A stretch of 64,000 bases of DNA from Eledone cirrhosa (Eukaryota): assembly GCA_964016885.1 (NCBI GenBank), contig OZ024740.1, positions 352,346,001 through 352,410,000 on the forward strand, written 5' to 3'. A model generated the notes under the pieces. It made no database searches and was not told the DNA's origin. It saw only the letters and a program-made list of their open reading frames with translations. Each line of letters starts with the position of its first letter. Positions within the stretch are counted from its first letter, which is position 1. Below, piece by piece: positions 47,335 to 60,415 of this stretch. The position numbers and the translations under genes were made by a program.

Positions 47335-48794
47335 CACAGCATGACACTAATTTTTTAGTAAATACTACTAAATGTGATAATGGTTAATTTTAGGGTGTTC
47401 TTTATGAATATGAAATCCATTTTGCTATATCACATTTTGATCTATAAAATATCTCACATATACTACATTTACAGAAAGATGGTCTAATCTTGTGAACATT
47501 GCATGTAATTTAATAATGTGCTGCAATTAATCACTTTTAAAATAACACACTCAGAAAAAACTTACACCATTGATTTCGCTGTTAAAATCAATAGCATGGA
47601 GTTCAAGAAAAGTCTGCTATCGTGTAGGCATTGGCTTTTTCTTGTAACCTTGTTTCAACCGTAAAGATCACTTGATGAAATCTTTCACCATGCTCATAAC
47701 TAATCTTACCTAAGTCCAAAAGAAAGAAACCTAAGTGATTCTAAAAAGGTGAAACTCCAAGGACATTTTGACACCCTGTGCATCAAATGAACCCAGAAGG
47801 TCAGTTATGATTGCCTTGTAATTCAGACTTCAGTTCCTAGAAAGTTTTCAATTGTCTTTAACACAGCATCATAAGCTCATTCGATGAATCTCTGAAAATC
47901 TTATTCTTCATCAATTTACAAGTGTCTAGTCCATCAAACATGCCTTCTTTAATCTTTGCTTGGCTTAATCGAAGAAAGGAATCATTCAGCAACTTGATTG
48001 GTTGCCCTTCAGAGTCCAGTGACTTCACAAATTCTTTTAAATTCTAAGTTTAATATTAGCTCAGGTGAAACTAATCCCTATTTGTGAAGTGCTAGTCAAT
48101 CCTGCTGACTGTAGTGCTCATTTTGAGCCCAGCTGTCCCACAAGCACAAAACACAACAAAATTTTGTGTAAGCCTTTTGCATTCCAGTTAAAAAACCTAT
48201 GAACCTCAAGCCACCTCCAGCTTTCCACTCAAAATCATCATATCTGATCAAGGAAAGTAACATCTGGAATCCCTGGGTACTTATTCCCAGCATACAAAAG
48301 AACTGTGCCTTTAAGCTGGAAACACTGCCATCAATGAATAACTGCCAATATGTCTGGACATCAAAGGAAATTCTCAGTGTCATCATGAAGCCAGTGATGT
48401 TCTTGCAATAAACTAATCCCAGTTCATCACGTGTGTCGAAAAATTCAATAAATTCCTTTTCTTAGAGCCTGCACGCGGTTGTTTTGGTTCCTTGGGCTAA
48501 GACACTAAATTATTTGACCTAATATATATATAATAACTACTTTTACAGCTCTCTCATTAGAAGTTGTTACAAAAAGAACACTCAAAAGCATTCTTAAAAA
48601 ACAAATAGGAACACTTGACATGTTGCATGCTACATTACATTTCTGTAAATTTGGTTTCTTGTAGATCAAACTTTAGGTGTGATGGAACAAAACTGATTTC
48701 ATATTCAGAAAGTGCACCCTAAACACCCTAAAATTAATTCAAATCACCCTAATTATCTGTTGCTAAAGAACCTTTTTTATTTTGTCATGCAGTG
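47335..48794 (-). mobile_element. Second Chapaev3-like DNA transposon (different family), degraded
   Basis: TIR CACAGCATGACA/TGTCATGCAGTG with TTA TSD. Minus-strand remnants WQLFIDGS..SLKA, LTGMQ.AYTKFCC.LCLWDS, AKIKEG.FDG. Confidence 0.75.
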
Positions 48795-49861
48795 TTATTG
48801 ATTTGTTTCTTTTATAAATCCTATTTATTACATAAAATAACCAATTAAATATTGAATATGGAGAACGTGGCTCACCTTAAACACTTCTAACACGTCTATT
48901 TTTAACAATATAGATTCAGTTACATTTCAAATCCTGCTGAGATCAACTTTGGCTTCCTTTCTCTTGAGTCAATAAAATCAAATACTAGTCTAATCATAGG
49001 TCATTTGATATTTCTAGATAGGAATGGAATTATCTTACACATGGGAAACAAATAATATTTTTATTAAGAATATAATTTTAAAAAGTAAAAGACAATAACA
49101 CTAAAAATTAGTCAAAAAAGCATATATACAACAGGCAATATTGATGTTTCTCTCTAGAAAATTTAAGGCAATCCAAAACAACATTGACATGAGTAATAGC
49201 AATTTTTTTTTTAATCTTGTCCCATTTGGTTACAGATGCAATAAGCCCTACTTCTGCTGAATAATTTAGGATGTTTGAAGGACCAAAAGAATCAATAACA
49301 ATGGCATATCGTATAAAGCATTTACTTAGCCAAAACGGTTTCCGCCCCTTCTCATTGTCTATAGATAATCAGACTGGTTGCAGAATTGAGGAAATATTTA
49401 TTTTGGCTAGGGCTCATAATCTAATTAGTTTTATCTCAGTACATATATTATCAGTGAATGGAAATATAATCACAATTTTGTCTATGAAAAGAATTTCACA
49501 TTTAACTTAAATACCATAACTAATATTAAAGGTAATTAAATATACAACATTTTAAGTAGCATATTAACTGATAATATAAAATTTGTACAAAATAATAACA
49601 CGATTTATACAATAATTTCCAGTAGATGCTAAAAAATTAAAGCCTTGCACAAGCCTTGAGTTTCACATTTCATTCTTTCTGTTTTGCTGGCAGTGCCTAA
49701 ACGGAAAGTTAGTGTGTTTGTATTCTTGTGGCAGCATATATACCCAAAATAAGAATATAATTTACAAAATGAAAATGAAAGAAATCAATAAAAGTAGGTC
49801 AGAAAAAAAATGATAGGCATACTCTCACAATTACACAAAAGAGGGAACCTTGGTGTTACCC

Positions 49862-50145
49862 TCTAAAAATGTTTGAGATAACCCAACACACTCATGGCAT
49901 TACCACTAGTGATAGTGAGGTTGAGGTACTGGAATAGCCAAGCACCCTCATGGGTATCACCTGATACTTCAGTAAGATATGCTGCCAATGATGACAAAAA
50001 CTCTGTTTTCAGTGGCCCAGATGCCCAGAACATCTTCAATACCACAGGCTGAAATATGTTATTTACTGATAAATTACAGTATTTCAATAATTTATTCTAT
50101 CTGGCTATGGATGCAGTGATACCCAACACTGTCACAGCATCTAGA
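49862..50145 (-). mobile_element. CRE-like element 3' fragment
   Basis: KY..LSVNNIFQPV......GP...EFLSSLAA.LT.VSGD.HEGAWLFQ.L.L.I..GNA.SVL. Confidence 0.7.
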
Positions 50146-50739
50146 ATTATTGTTAAACAGAGACGTAGAAATTGAAAAAAATTGCATTTGTGAATTTTTT
50201 CTCTTCTATATTTAAAAACAATGTTTATGCAGAGTTGTCCAATGTTTAAAACATAGACCCCCACCATATAGCACCTTAAACCCAGTCCACTCAGAGCAGT
50301 CATAGGGCAGACGGAGGCTCCATAAGCCGTAGTGTAAGCAACCCATCTAGGAGCGCTACCACTCCGAATAAATTGGTGTGGGGTAGAGAAGCCCCCTAAG
50401 TCCATTAAGACGATTCCCTAGTACTGGTGGCATGAATAAAAGTACCTGGTCCATGCTGTAAAATGGAGGAAATGGAAGTAGCATTCAGCCGTTAAAAACC
50501 ATGCCAAAATATGGGGTGGAGAGGGCCCCTGAGTCCAGTAAGACAACCTCTCTAGTGCTGGTGGCATGAATAAAAGCACCAAGTCCATGCTGTAAAGTGG
50601 TGCTGGTGATAGGAAGGGCATCCAACCAGTATATTAATGCCAACAAATTATGAGCACAACAGACAAGTATATATATATATATTAAAATATTGTGTATGAA
50701 TATACATTTTACATATATTCTCTATATATCACATCTGGT

Positions 50740-51690
50740 TTCTGCTGCCTGATTTTGTGTCTTTGTTAATGAGTTGGATCCATAGGGGCCTGTTCTGAAC
50801 AAGCAGTTCCCAGGATTCATAGCTTACACTGTTACCTTCAAGCTATCCTTATAGCACTTTTTCTGGATGCTTGCTGTTCTCTTCTCTGCAGCAAGGTCCT
50901 CAGAAAGGAGTTGCTTTGGTATTTGCATATTGTTCATGAGGATAACATGTTCTGTTCAACGAATGTGATTCTTCTGTATTGAAGAAAGTTTTGCGAGTTG
51001 AAGCACTTCTGTGTCTAAAAGCTTGTCTTGTCATTTAAAGTGAAACAATCTAAAATGTACAAAACCTGAAGTTTGAAAATGATTCAGCAATTTGACATGC
51101 CTGCTGTCAACAGAACATGTTTTGCAGACATAGAGGAACACCATGAGTACAACTGCTTGATACACATTCAGCTTGATAGTAATGCTGATACCCCTATGTT
51201 CCTAAACTGTGGTGCTTTGTCTTCCAAAGGTTGGGGTATTATTTGGTTATTCTACAATTCATGTTATTATCAATGTGGATATATCTTGAGAGAAAGCTAC
51301 CAGAATAGGTAAACTTCCCTACTGCTTGGAGTCTTTGAGTGTCTTTGACTTATTTTTGGCTCATGGTTCTCATGATCTTTTGAGGGTTGGTACATCAGTT
51401 CAATGTTTTTAGGTGCTGATAGTCAGACCAAAGTTGTTCCTGGCTACAGACAGCCTGTTCATGCTTTATCGCATGTTGTTCAGTACATAATCATCTGCAA
51501 AGAGGTTACAAATACTGGTAGTGTGTACGTTAGCAACTGCTTTCAGGTTCGTGAAATTGTAAAGCCTGCCATTCAATCGGTAACAAATTTGAATATGTGG
51601 AAGACGGTTATCCCTGAAGGTATCTGTGAGTATCTTTGTAATTCCCCAAACTTCATGCAGGCCACCCACAAAGGGTGGATTAATATTTTC
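50740..51690 (-). mobile_element. Degraded RTE (BovB-like) LINE
   Basis: IQICYRLNGRLYNF.NLKA.......I..LFADD, plus C-terminal remnants. Confidence 0.7.
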
Positions 51691-52008
51691 TAGTGCCACC
51701 TACATGTAGCCATGCCTTCGAGGCATGGCTACATGTAGGTGGCACTAGACCATGGTCCCTTCAAAGAGAAAGATAGGTAAACTTATGTAATTTTGGTTAC
51801 CTTTCAAAATTATGGTCAGATAGGTAGACAGTTAATCAGACAGGATAGACCTAGATAGATAGATACAGACAAGCAGGTAGATAGATAAGCAGAATTGAGT
51901 GATATTTAGATACAGAGAGGCAGGCAAACAGAACGATAAATATAGGTAGATAAAGAGATATAGGCAAAAGGATTAGAGCCTTTCATTTTCTCATGCCACA
52001 ATGATTAC

Positions 52009-52129
52009 CTTTATACCATATCAACTTTAAATTTTTACACATAACTTGATAAGGGACATAACTCCACAAAATTATTTCCCTTGGTTCATTCAGTTTACAC
52101 TTCATCGGCTCTTTTTCCTCACCAATCTT
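52009..52129 (-). CDS. Candidate internal coding exon of an unidentified gene
   Basis: Acceptor TTTTTCATTTGCAG and donor AG|GTAATC. 121 bp with one open frame: KIGEEKEPMKCKLNEPREIILWSYVPYQVMCKNLKLIWYK. Confidence 0.4.
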
Positions 52130-53249
52130 CTGCAAATGAAAAATGCTTTTATTGTTTTTGTTTTTTTTTATTAGTCAAAAGACAACGAATGAATTTTGGT
52201 TCGATGGACATGATTTATTGCTAAAATACAAATTAAACTTATATATAATCGTTGTCATCATCATCACCACCATTTTTGCATGGGTTAGACAGGTTGCCAT
52301 GTTATGTGACTAGACAGGTCAAGTGACCACGTCTTGCCTTACAATCCATTTCTGGCTTGATTTTCTACAGCTGAATATCCTTCCTAATACCAACTACCTT
52401 ACAAGGTGAATTGTGTGCTTTTTGTTGTGGCACCAGTATGACCACCTTATAAGGTGAACTGGGTGCTTTTTTTTATGTGGATCCAGCATGCCCACATAAA
52501 AGTGTGGCCTGGGTGCTTTTTAATGTGACACTCGTACTGTGAAAGAGCATGTGATGTATCATGGGAGTAATCTTGAAGTAAGTGAAGTGAGTTGTGCTTG
52601 ATAGTAGTATATTGTGGAGCATATATAGCTTACCCTGTGTTTGTGAGTTGGACAGGAAAGATGTGTCAGGAATGTGGCAGTGAATGGGTAAAGAGCACAC
52701 CATCATCATCATTGATAAATGTCTATTTTCCATATCTACCTGGACTAGTCAGGCTGTTATGCTCTGAGATTAGGCCAAACAGGTAACCACATCAAGTTCT
52801 TATATTTCCTTTTGGCATGGACTCCTAGCCAGATGCCCTTCCCAACCTCATCTGGGTATATTATATGGTACAAGTTAAGGTGTGCCTAGCTTTCCATGTT
52901 GGTATAAGTTGGCTGTGGAAGTCAGGGTGCATCCGTCTTTATGTGTTGGTATGGATTGGCTGAGCTAAGTGGTGGGGATTTTTTTACATTCTGGAAAAAG
53001 TTGGACAAGAAAGGTGGGGATGGAGGAAGTGAGTGAGGAAAGGCTAAGGTGGGATACTTACATAATGAGGTGGGTGAAGACAAGGAGTATTAATATGGGG
53101 GAAGATGTACAATGGAGATTGGTGCAAGCTACCATGCTCTCCATGCTTGTTTCATCCTATACATGTGAAAAGGCAGGTTTTCTGCATTATGGTATATATC
53201 CTGAATCATCTCTTTTGTGAGTTTTAATTTCATGTGGTCAGCTTTTAGC

Positions 53250-53720
53250 ATATCATGCCAAGCTTTGCTAGCTCTTCTACAGTTTCCATTAACTTTGAGT
53301 GTTCTGTGCCTCTTTATGGGCTGCCATCCTCCATAAACTTCACATGTCTATACCATTGTGGTCTCTTCTCCTGCACACTGCATCTTACCCATTTCATGTC
53401 CAGTTTCTCTCTCAATTCACTGATGCTACATCATTCATGTACACTACTATTACACTCCCATTGGAGCATGCATGCTTCATTTATTTCCAATCTTCATAGA
53501 TCCTCTGCATACAAAAGCATTGCTGTTCACACACAAACATCATACAATCTTTGATTTTAAGGAGAAAACCATCTGTGGTAGTAGCTCCCTGAACTTTCCA
53601 CCCCATTCTTACCCTGGCTACTGTAGTTTCAGAAACCTACCTCCATTACTAATTAGATCACCCAGGTAATAGAGGCTGTCAATTACTTCTAGGGTGCCCT
53701 CTGAACATTTGATAAAGCTT
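53250..53720 (-). mobile_element. Degraded RTE LINE fragment
   Basis: Homologous to the reverse of 16260-16750 (YLGDLIS, FREL, ELREKL remnants). Confidence 0.6.
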
Positions 53721-54184
53721 ATTTCATGAAATTATATAATAGCAAAGCTCACATTTTTTCAAAAACAAATGTTACCAATATAGATAGTTTTAAATTACAA
53801 ACACAAATGTCAAAAGGCAATACATGCACACATATATCTCTATTACATAGATATTCCATCTGAAAATATAGAATCAAAACGAAAGAAAATATTAAGTCAA
53901 CCCTAAGTGTGTCAATCAGTCACACACCACAAGGGGAGCAGGAGCCTCCTTCATTATCAGTAAAATAAATGTTAAGTTATGTTTTAAATATGAGTTCAAT
54001 AATTTAAAAGTTAATTATATTACTAAATCCCTCCACTTTCTTGACTTTTTTTTAAAATATGAAAATTATATTATCATATTTATTATAAATATGATAATGA
54101 AGAGCAGATGTTATTTATCATGTAATAATGCTTGTTTATTTTATAAATGTTTACCTTGATATCTATTAACTATTATATTTGGTG

Positions 54185-54512
54185 GTCCTGGTAAAATAGA
54201 CACCCAGGCTATTTTGCCAGTAAATATTATTATTATTATGAAAGCAGGTTCGGCTCTTGTGGTCAATAAATGAAACCATTATTATGAAGGCAAGTAATGT
54301 TAAAAATAGCAACACACAGATTTAACACAGAAATCTATTTATTTTCACCACCAATTGTTAAGACAATTTAAAATTTAACCCTAACCCTAACACTATTTAT
54401 ATTTAAAATAGCCGGGGGGGGGGGGGGGGGGGGGGGTCAATTTTACTGGGACTGATAAAATATGCTTAAAAAGCATGTTTGTCTATTTTACCAAGACTGG
54501 CAAAATAGCCTA
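54185..54512. mobile_element. Small fold-back element with AAAATAG/CTATTTT inverted modules, (TAACCC)2 core and G23 run
   Basis: TGGTAAAATAGACA (54189) pairs with TGTCTATTTTACCA (54480); GGCTATTTTGCCAGT pairs with ACTGGCAAAATAGCC. Confidence 0.5.
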
Positions 54513-55529
54513 TTCATTTATATTTTCATGAAAGAGATCTTTGAAATAATCTGGATAATTTTTTTATTTATTAATTATTTTTTTCATTTTATTTATTCTT
54601 GTGATTTATAACTTTATTGTACAGTTGTTGCATTATTTTTAATATATGAATTCATTTTATTGAGAATTTGTGTTTTATTAATTTTTCGAGGTATTTTTTG
54701 GGTGTAGACTTTTGGTATTGAGGTTTTGGAAAGAATTGTCCCTCAATACATATATTGTAATTGATGTAGTAACGAATGTTTGTGGTTACAAATGAGGTTC
54801 TGGAATGAATTAGATTCAAAGAGTTAACTGTACAATGGTCAGCAGAAACGTTCATAGGCTGACTCTGAAGGAGTGATGCTAAAGCTGTTAAAGAAGAGTC
54901 CTTCCATTCCTTTCTTTGGCAAGTTTTCTATGACTAATTATTGTGCCATTGACAGTTGAAGGGTCTCAACCCTTTTAGGCATGGTTTCAACAGTGGGGTG
55001 GCCTTCCTGTCACCAACCACCCTTACATGCTGTATTGTGGCACCATTACTAGAGAGGTTGTTGACCATAGTCCTAACCAAAGAGCTCTCTCTCTTCAGTG
55101 GAGTTTGTGGTGGAGGCAATAGGGGAGGGAGATAGGTATGAAGTTATAGGTGTGTGGTGATTTGGTGAGATGAGTAAGGGGAAGGGGTGACGGATAGTAT
55201 ATGGGCAAAGGGGATGTATAGGTGGTGTGGTCAATAGTGCATGTATGTTTGTGGAACAGGTGTAGTGATAGAGAAATAGTTAAGAAGTGGTAGTGGAAGG
55301 GGAGAACAATGTGTTGAGAGAGTAACTACTAAGGTGTGATAGTGAGGGTATCTAAGGGCTTTAGAGGGGGAGTGGTACTGGAGAGCATGTGGGTAGGGGT
55401 ATAGTGATGGTGAGTATACTTGCTGGGTAGTGCTTGTGGAAGGGGGATGCAGGGATGGGTCAGGTTACATTGTATATTTGTGGTCATATCTTCATCACAG
55501 CATGGCACCAGCCCTTGTAGTCATTTGTC

Positions 55530-56460
55530 ATCTCAGTTGTTAAGTTTCTTAAGGTCTTCACAACCTCATCCCAAGTTTTCCTGAGTCTGTCTCTTCCATG
55601 TGTCTCATTTTTTTAATGCAGCTGATATCTTCCATACACATTACATATCTATACCAATTTAGTTTTCTCTCTTGCACACTACATCCAATTCCTCTTATAC
55701 TGAGTTTTTCTCTCAGATCACTCATGCACACTAAGATTATATATCCATCAGAGCATACAGACTTCATTTGAAGTCTTCTGTGGTCAAGGCGCATGTTTCA
55801 CTGCCATGTAACATTGCAGCTCGCACACAGACATTATACAGTCTTTGTCACTTTGAGAAAGACGCATTTTGTTGTCAGCAGAGGTAACAGCTCTCTAAAC
55901 TTCTTCCAGCCCATTCTTACCTTAGCTATCACACTTTCAAAGCGCCTTCCCCCACTGCTAATTAGATTGCCTAGGCAACAAAATCTGTCAGTAACTTCTA
56001 AGGAGCCTCCCTGGCAACTGAAGGAATCTATTCTATGTGTGCTATTAGTACTTACTTCTCCTGTGGATCTGCTACATACAAAGTCTATCTTTTCCATTAA
56101 TCTGCCTACAATCCCACTACATCTCTTGTACATCCTTAGATCACATTATGTGCACCTTATAAAATGTTTGTCTACTCCTTTCTTACCTATTGAACAAGGT
56201 CACTTTCCTGATGGTATCTGCCCACTGTCCTCTTTCCTACTTATTAAAACTTATGCCTTTGTTGTGTTTACTTTTAAGCCTTTCAACTTTCCATGCTTGC
56301 TATTATGCCTCTAACTCTCCTATGGATTTAGCTATAAAGACTAGGTCATCAGCATATAGGAGTTTCCCAGGTGTCCTCAGTGATGGTCTGGAGGACAATG
56401 ATAAACCAAAGTGGACTAAAGACTGAGCCTTGATGAACCTCCACTTGCACTTTAAATTCA
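55530..56460 (-). mobile_element. Degraded RTE LINE fragment
   Basis: VHQGSVFSPL.FIIVLQ, KRCSGIVGRL, RMGWKKFRELLPLL, LREKLSIRGI. Confidence 0.8.
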
Positions 56461-56984
56461 TCACAGGGTAAAATTGGGTTGGTGGAAACTGTGTAGAAGC
56501 CTATTAGATGGTATTTACCTGTAATTCTTGTCACATAGTATCATATTGATTCTGCATAGGAATTACTTTAAATGTACACGTTTGTGGAATACTCAGTCAC
56601 TTACTCATTAATTTGAAAAGTAAGATCAAACAATTGAATGCTCATTGTCAAAACTGATGGAAGACCTATCATGTCTATGGTCAAAACAATTCTTAATTAT
56701 GGTTGAGTTCACCTAGCTAGAGGTAAGTACTGAAGGGTAATATAATTCACTGTGGCAAGCAGTGGCAGCAATATAAAATTGGAGAATATTTCATAAGCTT
56801 GCAGTACTGAATTCATTTCTTCTGGTGATAAAAAGTCCATTGCATCTTGGAGGGAGATGTATCTTTCAGTCATTTAATGTTATGGAATCTGAAGATCTTC
56901 CTGTTTTTGTTTCTTTAAAGCAAACATGGAGGTCATATAACAACATTCCACCTCTCCACTCAGCTCTTTGTATTTTAATTGATG

Positions 56985-57105
56985 TCTGAGTTCAAATCCT
57001 GCCGAGGTTAATTTTGCTTTTCATCCTTATGGGGTCGATAAAATAAAGCCCCAATAAAGCACTGGGATAATTGCTGGCCTTGTGCCAAAAGTAGAAACGA
57101 TTATT
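56985..57105 (+). mobile_element. 5'-truncated Nin-domain SINE
   Basis: GAGTTCAAATCCTGCCGAGG..TTTCATCCTTATGGGGTCGATAAAATAAAG. Confidence 0.8.
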
Positions 57106-57188
57106 ATTATACTCTCTCACTCCTTTCCAAATCCTTTACTAAAATATTTTATCCATCCCTTTTGTAAAATTCTTCCAGCCTAACTCTT

Positions 57189-57403
57189 TTAACCCTTTAG
57201 CATTTACATTACTCTATATATACTATTGTATTTTTGTGGTAAAGGCTTTATCTTACATAATTATCTCACATGATATTGAATCTATGAGATTTTGATGTTA
57301 TTTATTTTGAGATCAGTATGAGCAGCCAGTTATGGCCGATTTGAATTGAAAGAGATGAGAGAATTCTAGCCAGATACAGCCGATTTAAATGTTAAAGGGT
57401 TAA
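57189..57403 (+). mobile_element. piggyBac-type MITE
   Basis: TTAA-CCCTTTAGCATTT ... AAATGTTAAAGGG-TTAA. Confidence 0.82.
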
Positions 57404-57802
57404 CTAACATCAATTAAAATTGGACATTAAGCATATTAATATACTATATATTGAAAGATTATTACATTGTTGCTGATAACCCCAAGCCACCACCACCCAC
57501 ATCATTGTGAGGAAATCTATAATCAGAAACATTCCATCTTTTTTGTTGTTTTGATGTCATGAGTTTCGTTTTTATGATAGATTGTGATTTGAGTAAGATT
57601 TGTCTGCTATTTTTAGCAGGTCAAGTGACTGCATAGAGGCTTCTTTGTTGGTAAGATTATTATACATAGCAATTCCAAAAGCTGACAGATCAAAATATTG
57701 ACTGAGCCAAATTTCACTCGGTTTTTGTGCAATTTTAATAACATGGAGACTCTTAGATTGTTTTGGTTGCTGTACTTACACCACCAAATGTTTACTACAG
57801 GT

Positions 57803-58183
57803 ACACAGGATGTCTCCCCCCCCCTAAAAAAAATGCATACACACTTCAACAGCATTCTAATAAATATTGCCTATACAGCAGGGGCGAAGGGTGTGTGCAT
57901 GCGTTATAGAATCTTGAGTTAATCAATTGCGTCGGTTGAAGCAAGCAGAATTTTGGCTGCTTACTAAATAGTAGACACATAAAAAGATAACACACACACA
58001 CACTAGATAACATTACATGCAGCTTTGACCGGGAGGGTCATTTAGAGGGAATTGGGGGGGTAAGGCTGCACAGCCCCACTTTCCGCCATTGCGATTGGAC
58101 TGCATGCCCTGCTTTCCAGGTTACCCTTCGCCACTGCTATACAGGTAATCAAAGTGCATATACATTTTGGGGGGACACCTTGT
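57803..58183 (+). mobile_element. Tc1/mariner-type MITE containing a nested hAT element
   Basis: The two halves rejoin to the family seen at 33100-33204 once 57879-58136 and one TSD are removed. Confidence 0.7.
57879..58136. mobile_element. hAT-type MITE
   Basis: TIR CAGGGGCGAAGGGT/ACCCTTCGCCACTG; perfect 8-bp TSD CTATACAG at 57871-57878 and 58137-58144. Confidence 0.88.
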
Positions 58184-59697
58184 ATATGTATGTAAACAAT
58201 CTAAGAGTGTCTGCACACTTACGTTTGCACTGAAGTTATGTGAGAGGCAACTAGATCAAAACTGTAATCTTTTCATTCTTGAACACACATCTACTCCAAT
58301 AGGTGTTATATAACTAAAATTATTTAATGGAAAATATATATTTCTGTAGTGAATTAATCTATTATTATATCATGTATGAGAGTCATAGGCTGACCAAATG
58401 AGGTTTATTTTTCAATATATTCTCTAGAAAGAAACAATGCAGTTATTAATAAGAAGAGTTGAAATTAATGCATGCAAGATTTCACAGCTCTAGCATCAAT
58501 CCTTCATAGTCAGCCTAGGAAATTTTCAGCTGACCCTTGTAAACTATGATTTCATCAACTTATATATTAACCCTTATGTGGCCATATTTTTAATAAAACA
58601 CTACCTATGATTTACAACTAATTTTAAAATAATGAAGGAGGCGTGATTAGTTATATAATTAACTTTCTAATTATTTAATGGTGTTTAGAACAAATGTTCT
58701 TACATAAAATTATGATGGAAGGTTTTTAGATAATTATTAACACTTTAAAACTTTTTATCATAGAACCGGGCACAGTTTAATGTAATTTGGTATCAAATTT
58801 TGAGTGGATGAACAGTCAATAGGTGGAGCCTATTAAACTATTCTAAAAGTATTATTAGTAATCATTTTTTAATGAATAACAACGTCCACTCAGTGTAATT
58901 TCAATTCATAATATAGAGAGACAAGACTAAATACTTGAAAGCATTTTATAGCACTGTACTATGTCTGACAACTCTCTGTTCTCAGCATGATAGGTATAAT
59001 ATATAACAATCTATAAGAGATTTACTGAATATGTCATCAAGGTTTTCCTTCTCATTTGAGACATGACATCAGAATAAATAATATTCTCATTTGAATCAAG
59101 GTGTGGTAGATGATAAAATTAAGAAGTCTGTTGCTGATTGATTGTCATTGATATAAACTTGCTGCAACTTGTTCAAACATGATTTTAATTGATTCTGTGC
59201 AGGTTTTATCATACTCTACTTTGCATCATTAAAATACTCAATGAATGAGTTGAGTTTCTAATAAAGCAATAAAACCGGTTCAATTCATTTTCAATTCTAT
59301 TTTATCATAACTTGCTTGCATTTCATGTTTTTTTTTCTTTATATGTTTACTGAAGGTTGTGTTTTATGCATGAATGTACAGAGAACATTCAAACATTGAC
59401 TGAATGAGCACTGAATATAGTGAGTAAAGTATCAGATATATTTTCTGAAAAAATAAAAAAACAAAGATTTTGTCCCTCTGCTCTCTTGAGTTCAAATCTC
59501 GTTGAGGTCAACTTTGCCTTTCATCCATTCATGGTCGATAAAATAAGTACCAGTCAAATACTGGGGCAATTCTTCCTCTCACTCTCTCTATCTTTCTCTG
59601 GAAGAAATCTACTGTATTCAGGCTTGGAGAGGATATGCTGTATGTCAATATGGCACCCCTATGACTCCTCGGGTCCATCCCATAACATATATATATA

Positions 59698-60401
59698 TGA
59701 GGTGTGTCAGAAAAGTAACAGGACTTAGTGTGCTGTGTGAGCTATGAGTAAGGTAGGGATTAGCGGGTTGTCTCAGCTCTCTGCAGCCATTGTTTGTTTT
59801 TTCATGTGCTTTTGTTAACAGCTACTTAATTTTAGGCCATCAAGCATTGGGCACAGAGCAATGAACCAACCTGAAGTTCTGGTCCTGCTGGCTCTGTGTG
59901 ATTTTTTCCTTTTCCCCATGCTTAAGACAGTCATCAACGGGACATGTTTTCTGGACATGGAAGCCATCAAGAGGGTTGTAACGACGGAGCTATGGAGAAT
60001 TCTTCCAGGAGTGCATGAAAGTGTGGCAGGGAACAATGGGAAAGTTCATTAGACTCGAGGGGGATTATTTCAAAGGAGAACTTGTAGTTTGTAGTCATCA
60101 TTATCATTTTACATTCACTTTTTCTTACTTGCAAGGTAGGATGGATCCTTTTCAACACAGCATCTCTCAATTCGTCATCTCCTCCGAGAGCTTCAGTGAT
60201 CTAAGGTCAGCTCTCACCACCTCCGCTCATGATTTTCATGGTTTTCCTCTACTGGGATTTCTTGGCACATCTTTACCCAGCGGTCATTCTCCATGCGCAT
60301 CACATGTCCATAACAACACACTCTTCTCTCCTGCACTCTACAGTGTATTTGAAATATTTGTTTGCAACACCCTAGTCCTGTTTCTTTTTTGATACACCTC
60401 G
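59698..60401 (+). mobile_element. Internally deleted mariner transposon with a nested RTE 3' fragment (~60093-60350, minus strand)
   Basis: ~30-bp TIRs TGAGGTGTGTCAGAAAAGTAACAGGACT / AGTCCTGTTTCTTTTTTGATACACCTCG with TA flanks. Remnants LA.CDFFLFP.LK and I..EGDYF.G. Confidence 0.8.
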
Positions 60402-60415
60402 TATACATATATATT

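Noticed and set aside
56710-56875. Short minus-strand ORF MTERYISLQDAMDFLSPEE...
   Set aside because: Resembles a decayed hAT transposase segment, with no clear splice sites; too weak to call.
57575-57775. ~65-codon open minus frame (QQPKQSKSLHVIKIAQKPSEIWLSQYF...)
   Set aside because: No convincing acceptor or recognisable homology; could be chance or TE-derived.
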